DNA of 64,000 nt from the human T2T-CHM13v2.0 reference genome, Homo sapiens: assembly GCF_009914755.1 (NCBI RefSeq), contig NC_060925.1; one strand, 5' to 3'. The translations under genes and the position numbers were made by a program. Below are positions 51,122-62,379 of the stretch, piece after piece. Position 1 is the stretch's first letter. Every line of letters starts with the position of its first letter. The notes below the pieces were generated by a model. It ran no database searches, had not been told where the DNA came from, and was given only the letters and a program-made list of their open reading frames with translations.

Positions 51122-54100
51122 TCCTTCCAACTGCATGAGAGATAAAGCCTGTGCAGTTCCAGACTTTAACACATCCCCAATGTGTGCTAATTCCTCTCTC
51201 TAACAAATGGAGAGGTAGGAAAAGCATCTAGCTAGAAGTTAATAACGGCGCTTTGTTTTCACTGTGGTTGTTTCTTTGGTTATCTTCTATTTCAGATAAA
51301 TGATACTCTTTCCATTTAGGATATGAAACTTATTTTTAATATATTAAATTTTAAAAATGATACAATTGAAAGAGAAATTTCACAGGCTAGTGAATTCCTA
51401 TTCACTCCTTAAAACTCAACTCCAAATCACCTTCTTTAGAGCACCTTCCTCCCCTTTGTGGTTTAATCCCTTACTCTTCCTCTTCCTTTGACATCTGGCA
51501 GGGTCACAGTCGTACCTATTACACTAAATTATGATGACCCAGCTACTACTTTGTTAGGCATCTACCATGTGCCAGGCACTGGGCACTTACTCTCATCCTC
51601 TCACTGAACCCTCCCCACAGCTCTGTGGAATAGCTCTCACTACCCCCGCTTTACAGGTGATGAAGTGGGAGTGAAGGAACTTATCAACAGTCACTCAGCT
51701 AGTCAGTGGTAAGGTCCAAAACTGAACCCGGACTGGGCGACTTCAGTCTGTGGCCTTGACCACCACTGTCCTAGTTAGTGCTCTCCCTCCCCCACCGGTG
51801 GGCAGACAGTGTGCCTAGCTCACCTCCTACTCATTCAGAGCCAGCCCTAGGCCTGGCACAAACTCTACTCTGATAAAGACATGAAGATGTGTGTGAGGGA
51901 TTGGCTGGAACTCAGTCCCTGCTGAGATGTCTGGGGATGTCTGGGCCCCGCTCCCCACCCTATGGTAGAGCACACAGAGCCCCACCAGCACAGATCTGGG
52001 CTGGAAGGACCTTCCAGGAAATACCACCACCGTGTGTGCTGGGTCTCCCCGCCCCCACCCTGCCTCCTCACTGCCTGGGCCCCCAACAGGCAGGGAAGGC
52101 CCCCACTTCCTGCTGCCAGACCAGGATGGCCGAGAGAGCAGCAGGGTCTGAGCGCTGGGAGGGAAACGCCAATCTTAGGACAGGGCTGGGCAAATCAGAG
52201 GCAGCTTCCTAGAGGGGACAGGGCTTGAGCAGTGCTTAGAAGGATGCAGGAGTTCTGGATAACCAAGGGCAAACACCATTCGAGGAGCCTCAGTTGAAAG
52301 GGTGGGGGAGAATTCGAAAGAAGGCTCAAAAGCAGGTGGTAGCTAGGTCCCGGGTGGGGCTTGGACACCAGGCTGAGGAGTTTCAGTAGCACTGGGGATT
52401 TGCTGGGGGCTCGATCAGGGGGTGACACACAGATAACTGGGGGTTCTGAGGCCCCAAGATGGGCAGCACCTTGTCCAAGTCACAGAGCAGCAGTGGCAGG
52501 TGGGGTTTTGAGCCCACTCTTGCCTCCCAGGAGACCCCAGGTTCACCTGGTGGCCACACCTCAAGGATGGAGCCTGATGATGGGGAGGGTGAGCCTGCAG
52601 CAAGCAGCCAGGGGCAGGCCAGTGCCCACAGGGGAGGTAGGGATTGTGGCCAAGGAGAGAGGCGTGCATGAGGCGGGGTTCTTTCTCCCAAGTATCACTG
52701 GGCACAGCCATTCCCACTGCCCAGTGCCTCCTCAGGATTAGAGGGTCAGTGGGCAGGAACTGCAGGCTGGCACTGGCCATCAGGAGCTGAGCCCTGCAGC
52801 TGGCACTAACTCTGCGGCCCGCCTTCCAGCCCTGACCTCAGCCAGCCTCCGTGCCAGTCCTCCACCAAGCTCCTTCCTGCCTGCCTTTCTTTTCTTCCTT
52901 TTCCCCCACTTAACAGATTGCGGCAGCAAGATGGCACAAATTTATGGCTCAACTCACCAAAAATAACAAGAGATCTATCAAAGGCAGTTTGCGTGAAATT
53001 AACAGGCGCCTGTACCCTCTTGTCAAACTCACTCGGCTCTGAGGCGTCCCAGGCACTCCGCCAGTCACTGCCCACCAGCCCCCAGCCCAGTGCTCTTCCG
53101 GTACCAGCCCAAGCCCACCCTGCTAGGCCTCACTGTGGATCTTCCTCGGGGGTGTCCCAGAGAAGATGAACACAGCTTCCCTGCCCTGGTGCCTGGGAGA
53201 GGGGCCAGGACAAGGGTCTCACCCTTCCTGCTCACTACCATCCCCACGAATCTTGCTCTCAGTCTGGCAGCTGCAGGTGCCAGTCCATTCTCCTGCAGCC
53301 CAGTGGGGAGGAGACAAGGGGAGGAATGGAGGGGGCCAAAGGCTCGGCAAAGGTGGTGCTGCCACAAGGCACAGACGGTGCCACGGACCCTCAGACATGC
53401 CCTGACATGTGGAACAAACAGTCATGTGCCCGCTATGTCTCACACCAGAAAGGTTGGGCAGGAGGGAGGGGATGGCAGAATAGAAGAGCTTCCTGCCTGC
53501 CAAGGGAGGGGAAGGGGCTGTGCCAGCCCAGCTCTGGGCACCAGTGTGCCATGTGAGCCCACTTATGACAGCTGATGCCACATCATCCCATGCCAACTCC
53601 CTACAGGGGCCCTCCCTAAAAAGCAACCCCAAGGAAACATGCCAAGTAGGACAAGGGGCAAGAGCAGAGGTCAGGCTTGGGAACAGCTGGGAGCCCCAGC
53701 TCAGGGCTCCCTGCTCAGAGAGACACCTGGCCTCATGCCCAGGAATAATCAGGCATCCAGTCTCCACCCATCTCTAGCCCCAGAGGCCTCTGCAGAGGCT
53801 CTGATGATGGTGCCTTTCCCATCACCGGCCCTCTCTGATCCCCAAAGACACCCCAGCTACCAACCAACTCCTGCTTCCGGCTTCAACCAAGCCCAGCTGG
53901 CTGCTCCTGGCTCTGTGCTCCACATGGCAGCCCGCCCAGATGGTGCCCGCCCATGAGGGCAGAGCCTTGCTCCGTCCACTGCAGATCACTGGACCGATGG
54001 ACCGCAGGGAAAGCCAGACAAAAGAACCCGCCTGCAGCTGAGCACGATGGGGGAGACCCCCACAGAGTGACAGGCAGTGGTGGCCATGCAGGAAGAGCCA

Positions 54101-55648
54101 TAAGCCTCCTGATATACGCCTGGCGTTCTCCGCCGATGTTCAACAAAGAAGCAAAATTCAATTTCTTCCTACAGGCACTAAATCCCAGGCCAGCCTCCAG
54201 GGCCTGTAACCTACCCGCGGCCCGGCTGTCACTCGGACGGCTTCATTGACCGCCGTTAGAGGCCAAGCTAGCCTGGGAGAGAGGCCACAGCAAAGCCACC
54301 GGGCACTTGCCGTGGATGGGCACGATGTCAGATGTCTCATTGGAGAAGCCAAGAAGGCCCCCATCGAAAGTACTGGGTTAGGCTACTTTCAAGATAACTA
54401 CCCCCTCTAATTAATTCAGGGATACCTCCCCATTCTACAAAGAAACCACTGCCCACCAAAAATAAAGGGATCAACTCAAGGTAACAGTCAAAGGTAGAGG
54501 CCAACTCCAGGGCTCTAGCCAGCAGAGCAGGGCTGGGGACAGGCCGCTCTCCTCCAGCACTCCTAGCAGCCCTCACATGATACCCTGTCTCCTTGTAAAC
54601 ACTCTCCCAGTGAAATCCAGATGCCCTTTCCATCCTCTATCCCTGCATCCTTGATCCTCATGAGGATAAGCCAGCACCTGTATCCCAAATGGGGAAACTG
54701 AGGCCCAGAGAGAGGAGAGGCCTCCCTGTCGGTACCAGAGCTGCAGACCAGACCCCAGACCTGCCTCCTTCCCATCCCCATGTCATCAGTCCCTGTTCCC
54801 TCCAGGTCTCCTGGTCAGTCCCCGGCCCAGCACTGTTCAGCGGGCACACAGGATCCAGCTGAGGCCCTCAGGGCCTTGAAGCTGCAGGAAGCAGGGTCTG
54901 TAGAAGGCAGCCGTGGCTGAGGGAGCTGGGGTGGGAGCGGGAGCAGGCAGGACTCAAGGGCTCGCAGAGCTTTTGCCCAGTCAGCAGGAAGCTCTAGCAG
55001 CTGGCGGCCTCGGTCCCAGAAGACATGGGTCCTGAGGGGGAAGACGGGACACTGGGAGCTGAGCCAGCCCAGCCCTCCAAGGCAGCCTGGAAGCTCAGGC
55101 CTCTTCACCCAGGGACACTCTTCCTTGCCTCTCTCTGCCCTGACCCCGGGGCAACTGCCAAAACTCACTGACCTGTGTGGACAGGAATGCATCCCTGCTC
55201 CCTGCCTACTCCAGCCTCCAGGCAAACTTGTCAACTTGCAGCGCCAGGGCCTGCCACGATCATTCCCAGCCTTGGGCCTTTGTGCACCCTTCTTGCTCTG
55301 CCTAGAATGCCCTCATCTCACTTCTGCTTGTCCTTCAGGTCTCTGTTCCTGTATTACTTCCTTCAGGGAGCCTCCCCTGGCTGCCCAGTTAGGAGGTCCC
55401 TCCCTGGGTTTATATATCACCCTGCATTATCTGATCTGTGCCCCCATTCATCTAGCCAGTCTGCAAACTCTTCAAGAGTGAGGTCTCACTGCCATGCATT
55501 TTGGTGACCGCAACATTTGGACAAGGCTCAGCAGAGGGGTGACATCAGTGAACAGCTACATGCATGGCCGAGGATCTGCCAGGATGGACACCAGGGACAC
55601 TGTCAGCCCCTGCAGACCCCGCCCCACCCAGGCCCTGCTGAGACTCAC

Positions 55649-56465
55649 CATATCTCATCTCGGTTGTGAACAGATCATTGCTGCTCCCCGAGTGCAAATC
55701 GGCCTCAGCAGGTGGGGCTGGGCCCCCGGGCACCAGGGCATTGGACAGGGTGTGGGCAGCAGGAGGGCCTGGAGATGTGGTGGTGGTGGAGCCGGCCCCC
55801 GCCTCTCCAGGGCAGCTGCAGCCTGGCTGAGCAAAGCCGCAGGCCCTGCCGGCAGCGCGGCCACACTCCTCACTCCAGCGGCAGAGCACACCACAGGTGA
55901 ATTGGCTAGAGTTGTTGTTGTTGATGAGCAAGACCTCGACAAAGCGGAAGGCTAGGGCAGCGGGCGCCAGCAGGCGCGGGGCCTCGGAGGGCTCAGCCGA
56001 CAGGCACAGCTGCACGAAGTTCTTGTCGAAGTGCAGGAAGGTAAAGGGGCCTGAGCCGCTGCACAGCTCCAACCCCGCTGCCGCCTCTGCCTCCTCCTCT
56101 TCTGGCCGCCCCACCTCTGACTCCGCCTGGGCCACCGCCTCCTCGGGGCTAGGCCGCAGGCAGGTAAAGTTGACCAGGTAGTGGTCCAGGGGCAGCAGGC
56201 GGGGGGCAAAGTGTGCGCACACCTGCTCCTGGCGGTTGAAGCGCAGGTAGAGGGAGTACTTGGTGGGGTCAGGGTTCTCCAGGGTCCAGGAGCAGCCCGA
56301 GGCGATGGTAGGAAAGAGGTCCTGCAGCGAGAAGGCCCCGTAGAGCACACCCGAGGCCAGGGCAGAGCAGGCACTGGGGGCGGGGTCGAAGGCGGTGGCC
56401 AGGCGCAGGGACAGAATCACAGACAGTAAGAGGGGACAGGCTGGGGTCATCCTATGTCCCTTGCC
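55649..56465 (-). CDS. ADGRB2: ADGRB2 exon 4 (signal peptide and N-terminal domain)
   Basis: [25 protein letters not shown]...TEMRY; ccacag|GGC ... ATG|gtgagt; 817 nt. Confidence 0.96.
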
Positions 56466-56850
56466 CTGTGGAGAGAGACAGTGGTCAGCGGGCCCCCAGC
56501 ACAGCCAGCATGGGCTCTGAACCTTCTATGGTGAGCTGCGGGAGTGGGCCTCATAAGTTAAGACCCTGGTCTTTGAAGTGTCACCTGGGTCCACCTGTGT
56601 GAACTTAGACAAGGGACTTGACCTCTCTGAGCCTCAGTTTCCTTACCTGTAAAATGGACCAATGATAGGACCTATCGCACAAGTTTCCTACAAGGGTGAA
56701 ATAAGTAAGGGAAAGGACTCGCGAGAGTGCCTGGAATCTTGTGAGCCCTGAAGAAACAGTAGTTGTTGTTGCCATCGTTCTGTTTCCTCAGAGTCAGCCC
56801 ATCAACTACAAGCATATTCGCCTTGCATTCAGATCCAGCCCCAGCCTCAC

Positions 56851-56871
56851 CATCCAACCTGTATTCTCCAT
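56851..56871 (-). CDS. ADGRB2: ADGRB2 exon 3 coding part (MENTGWM); exon 3 = 56851-56931
   Basis: ATG at 56871 in frame with exon 4; donor ATG|gtgagg; acceptor ccacag|G at 56931. Matches the annotated N-terminus as I recall it. Confidence 0.8.
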
Positions 56872-57031
56872 AACTCTTGCTCTCCATCCCCGTGTGTCGT
56901 GATCAGCTGTGAGGCATGTCACCGCGTAATCCTGTGGTAATTGTCAAAGTGGTGATGTTTGACTATGATTTGCTTTTTTATAAATTAGAGCAATTTGAGG
57001 TTATTCCTGGAACAATGTCATTCTCACTCAC

Positions 57032-57161
57032 TTGCTTTACTGAGAGGGAGAGAAAGGGGCGGAGTTACAGCCAGTGTGCCAGGAACTGCGCACAACCTGA
57101 GCCATGCCCACAGGAGGGCACTGTCAGTGTGGACGTCACATGTATCACTGCTGTGGATTTC
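57032..57161 (-). other. ADGRB2: ADGRB2 non-coding exon 2 (130 nt)
   Basis: Polypyrimidine tract + aaccag|G at 57161; CAA|gtgagt at 57032. Confidence 0.7.
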
Positions 57162-58309
57162 CTGGTTGGAATAAGGGGGAGAGGCACCGAGTAAGGGGAC
57201 ATTGGGCTTGAGCCCCAACCCAGCCAGCCACCTGCTGGTGGGTGACCCTCATGAGTCTCAGTTTTCTCATCTGTAAAATGGGTGCAGAAATTCCCCCTCT
57301 TACTTCCCTCTTCCCCTCCAGCTCCATGGGATTATCTTCCAAGGCCTGGTTCAGGGCCTGCTACCCCACCCCCCACTACCCACCTGTGAAGCCACCAGCC
57401 AGTCGTGACCTCTCTCCTATACTGTTTCCCCAAGGCTAGTTCATTCAGCTTATGGGTCTTCCAGTTCCTAAGAGTGGGGACCCAAGCTTGTTGCTTTCTA
57501 CCTTCCCTTAAAGTGCTGCCCTAAGCTGAGCTCCCAACAGGTGTGAATGTACTCCAGGTGTGGGTGGGCACCTAGGACCCAAGCCCGACCCATACAGACA
57601 CACAGAGCAGTCAGGCCAGAGTGGGTAAGGGCTGAGGATGGGGGGAGCTGCAGGTGCCCTCCCACCCACCAGGCCAGGGCTGTGTCACTGCCCACAGCCT
57701 GCGCAACCTCTACCCAACTGCCCAGAAAATGGAACCTAGCGCGTGGTCTGAATCAGCCCCACTTCCAATCCTACCCCCCAAGTAATCCAAGCGGCCTCCC
57801 TCCTGCATGCCACAGGATAGCTCACAGCACTGCATGGGCCCCCTAGAGCCCAGCTGGTCCTCATCAGAGGAGAAAAGATGGGGCTAGGAAAAGGGAGACA
57901 ACCCGCTCCAGATCACACAAAGGTGGCCACAGAGGACGCAAGCCCAGGATCTGAGGCCCAGCCCAGGCCTGTCTCCCTCCACCAGTAGCCTCTGCTCCTT
58001 CCCTAGGCTTGCTGCTCAGGCTTCAGGCCAGATGGACCAGCTATTAGCTCTGGGGACTGAATCAGAAACACAGGACAATTCACAGGTATGACTAGATTCT
58101 CCCAAGACACAGTTGCTCCCAGGGAACAGACTTCCCCTTGGGTCTTCAGGAGTCTAAACAGCAGGCAGAGGGGGGACAGAATTTAGAACCCCAACTTTCC
58201 AGTCCCTGTGCAGCATCCATGGAGCTCCCCACTGCTCCAGATCCCACATCCCTTCATGCTGCACCTCCAAGCCAGGCCCAAGCAAGCATCTTCCCCTCCC
58301 AGCCATACA

Positions 58310-58385
58310 GGGGCTGGGGGAGATGGTGGAGTAGCTCCAGGCAGACCTACTCACTGCAGAGGAGCCACCCCACCCTCCTCCCAAG
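58310..58385 (-). ncRNA. MIR4254: MIR4254 hairpin in ADGRB2 intron 1 (mature sequence 58320-58342)
   Basis: Minus strand contains GCCUGGAGCUACUCCACCAUCUC (miR-4254 as I recall it); arms GGUGGGGUGGCUCC and GGAGCUACUCCACC pair. Confidence 0.8.
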
Positions 58386-60179
58386 ACCCACATGGAGTTA
58401 TTCGGCGGAAGCCAGACAGGCTGTGCCTCTCCCCCCAACCACCCACCCTCCTCCTCAGAGCTGAAAAAGGGATCAGACCCCTGGTCTTTCCCACCCTACA
58501 TCATGCCTGTCCCACACTGCTCAGCTCGCCCCACCTGCTGCGGCACTAGCCAAGCCAGCGGCTGATGATGAGTGACATCCAATCCCCCTGCTGCCCCCAA
58601 TTATTTTTAAGCCGCAAAATTCAGGCCATGGCTGCGGCTCAGTGGAGGGGAGGTAGGGGCTCATTATAACCGGCCTCCCCTCCCCCACTTACAGCAGCTC
58701 AGGGAACCTCCCCTCACATACACACCAACACACATGGGTTTGAACACCCTTGTGCCCTGAGGACACACACACCAAAGCATGAGGGCACAGATGTTCACAG
58801 GAGTTCTGCATATGAATGGATACATATGTACACGGACATGCACACAGGTGAAACCCACAGATTCATGCTGTCACACACACTCAGGAGTTAACACGCACAC
58901 ACAGGGGTGTAGAGGCTTACACTTGTACACATGCACAGAGGTGCACACGCATTCTCGACTGAGAACACACATGAGTATCTGGCCCTCTGAGGCTCAGCAT
59001 ATGACAGCTAAGTGTCAGGCAGGATCCTCTGCGGGGTCTTCCTTTGCATGTCTGAAGCTGGATCTCCCTCCCCTACCCTGCTCCTAGGCTGCTGCTCCCT
59101 ACTCCACAGCCCCGCCCCATCAAGAAGCACAAGGTCCACATCCTTCAGAGCCACAGGCTGGCTTCTCCAGAATGGAGTCACTTTTAACCCAATCCAACCC
59201 CCCTCCTCCCCTCAGTCTCCTTCAGACACCTTCACGCTCATTCTGGGATTTCGTCCTGGACATGCGTAACCCTCACTGTGCCGGCTATGACATAAGACCT
59301 TTTGGGGCGCCTTTTTATATTACTTCCCACCATTCAAAATAAGGCAAAGACCCAATTCCAAGCTGGGTCACAGACAGCCACTGGTTCATTGAAGACCCTC
59401 CTGCCTGTGTATAGCCAGGCCTGTCCTCCTGGGGGCACTGATGACCCAGAGGCCTCTCCCTGAGCCACCCGGGAAGGGGACCTAGAAGGATGATCCTTGC
59501 CTCACAGGCAGCCCAAGTGGCTCTTAGTCATGATTAACCCCCCTGAGCCTGTTTCCCTCTCTGTGCAATGCAGACCATGAGCCTTGCCCTGGGGATGGCA
59601 GACACCTCATCAGCCTCCCAACAAGTTCCCAGCACAGAGCCTAGCTCACAGCCCTGTCTCCTCTCTGTCTTTTCAGGACCTCATAAACGCTGCCCTCTTG
59701 CCTGCTGAGGTACAGGGCACTGCCTCTGGGAAGGCTCTTTGGGTTGAACCATAAGTGGCTGGCTACCTCCAAACCCAGGAAGACCACAGACCCATCCCTG
59801 CACAAGAGTTAGATAGGAGAGGTACTAAAGTCAGCTCTGAGGAAGAACTTCCTGGGCCAGAGGTGGCTGATAGAGAGGAGGATCAAAAGGCCTCCTGCCT
59901 CAGAGATGGGTGCGGAGCTGGCTGAAGTAGTCTCCCTCTCACTTTTAACCCTACCAAGGCCCCTCCTCTAGGGGGCTGGGGGCTGCCTTCACCACATGCC
60001 CCTGACCCCAGCAAACCCAAGAATCTCACTCTGCCCAAACACACTCAAGTCCCCTTTCTTTCCACCCCTCAGGGCTCCCCAGCTTCCCTTCTGCACCAAT
60101 AAAGGAATTCAAAGCTTTCAGCAGCTGAAAGGGCCAAGGCAAGACTGTGGGGTAAGGGGCAGAGCAGCGGGAGAGGGGT

Positions 60180-60900
60180 GTCTCAGGCCCAGGGCCGGTC
60201 CGGGATTCCCAGGATGACTCCCATTCACGCTGGGTGGCGGGGGAGGGGCGGGCCGGGGGAAGGGGCGCGGCGACGCGCACATCCGTCGCGTTTATCCACC
60301 TGGCAGCTCCAATTCGCCCGCCCGTCACTCACCCTCCGCCTCCCCGGCGCTCGCCGCCCGACCTGCCCAGGCCGCCACGCAGGCGGTGACCCCCACTCGG
60401 TGGCTTTGGGTCCTCTGCCAGCGCTCGGACCCAAGGACAGGGTCCTCAGGAGCCGCTCTCCTAGAGCTCTGTCGCCCTGGGGGACGCACACCCTCCATCC
60501 TGCCTCCGGAGCTGGGGACTGGGCCGAGGGGAGGGAGCGACCCCCTCTGTGCAGTCCTCCCGCTCCGACTGCCAGAGAGGGTCGCTCTCTTAGGGGAGGG
60601 GGTTCCTCCTTAAGGAGGAAAACGCGGGCAGAACTGGAAGGGGGACAAGGGGCAGCCCTCGGCCCCTGGGGGCGGTGCCGCGCGGGCGGCGGGGGAGGGG
60701 GCGGTGACTCAGCCGCCCTCCGCCCGCCTCCCCGGAACTTTGCAGCAGCTGGAGCCGCCGTTGCTACAGGAACCGAATGCTTTTGTTCCCCAATGTCAGG
60801 GCTGCCGGGGCAGGCGGGTGATGAGGAGGCTGCCACTCCCCGGTGGGACCCAGGTCCGGCCACACTACCCAGAGGACTTCCAGCCATCACAGGTTCGAGT
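60180..60900. promoter_or_regulatory. CpG island in ADGRB2 intron 1
   Basis: CpG-dense; GC boxes; TGACTCAGC at 60705-60713; X-box-like GTTGCTACAGGAAC at 60760-60773. Confidence 0.65.
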
Positions 60901-62379
60901 CCCCTTCCTCCGTGCCACCTTCCCTGCCCCCAAGCTACTCAGGCCAAAGCCAGGTTTCTTCAAACTCCTCAGGCCCTCAGGCCCGGTGGCCCTGCTAACT
61001 CTGACCCAAGGCAAAGGGCCCTGGGAAATTCCTGATGGTGTCTGACCTCCTGGGGTCAGTAGAGGCTCTTCTGTGGCTGAGTGATTTCCCACCTGGGCTC
61101 CCCCTAACAGGCTGCCTGCCTTCGGGGACTCTGACTGGGGTTTCTTCTCTGTACTTCTCCCACCTCTGCAGCCTCTACACTTGAACCAAGACCCCAGAGA
61201 CCATGGCCTGGCTTTCACTAACATCCCTCTGGCCAGAGCTGATCCCAGAGAAATATAGTGGGAAGTTGCAGGACCAAGGAGGAGATGAGGGAAACTGACA
61301 GTCACTGGCTCCCCCTGCACCCATACTTTGGGGGAAAAGTGGAGACTGGGGGCTAAAGGTGTTTCTGTCTTTATTATACTGGGGGTTGGAGTGAAGGCAC
61401 TGGAACCTGTTTTTCATTTTTCTCCTTTGGGATTAGGAGTGGAGTGGAGAGGGGCCTGACCTTGGCCTTGAACAGAAACAGCCCCACACCCCTATCAATA
61501 TTGAGCATTGCTAGGTGCCAGACACTCTATACAAACAACCTAACTTCATTCTCCCAACAGCTATATGAGGCAGTGATCACTGACCCATTTTATAGAGGGT
61601 CAACTGAGGCTCAGAAAGATTAAGTAGCTTGCCCATGTCACACAGCTTTTGAACGTAGGTCGTCTGACCGAAAGCTGAATTCCTAACTACTTACTCAGCT
61701 TCATTACTTGGGGGTGGGAAGGGAGGGAGGGATGGGGGCAGATACCAGATGGAACCTCACTTTGTGTTACAGAAATGCAGACCACGCACGCACACCCCAG
61801 ACTAGACATGTCCTTTTGAAGAGTGATACAGAAAGGGGGCAGAAGAGAGAGCGGAAGGAGGAGAGAGGGAAGAAGAGGGGAAGATCTCTTCTCTCAATCT
61901 TGGTCCAGAGAAGACCCTCCCTAACCTCCCCACTACCATCACCAGGACATATCCTGCGCAGAGTCCACACTGCCCCTCACCCCAGTAGCAGTGCAGAGGA
62001 TACTCCCCAGGTGCTTGCTCTGTCCCAGGGTCAGGTGGATTCCCCCACAACCGACTCCATGCGCAAGCCAGGCAGAGCCCACCTTTGCCCCCAGCCCTCA
62101 CCTCATGGGAAATGCCATGGGGTAGAGGCTCTCTGGCAACACCTGACCAAGCACAAACAAGCCCAACCAGGCGTCCTGGAGCCCGCGGCCAATCCTGCTG
62201 GTCTGTACGTGAAGGCTCAAAGGACTCTTGACTTGCTGCTGGGGTGAGCCCTCCACCCCACCCCAACCCATCCCACCCCCAGAACATATGGCCTGACAAC
62301 CAGGAGTGTTTGGGCATGGCTAGCACGAGGAGGCACCTGGCCTGGCCCACCAATCTCCTCTCCCCAGGGATTTCCCAGC

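Noticed and set aside
58310-58385. Intronic hairpin as a novel RNA
   Set aside because: Matches the already named MIR4254 as I recall it; whether it is a genuinely processed miRNA cannot be judged from sequence.
60178-61035. Long overlapping ORFs on both strands in the intron-1 CpG island (also at 14.3-15.0 kb and 62.2-63.8 kb)
   Set aside because: Stop codons are depleted in very GC-rich DNA; the Pro/Gly/Arg/Ala-biased translations have no domains.
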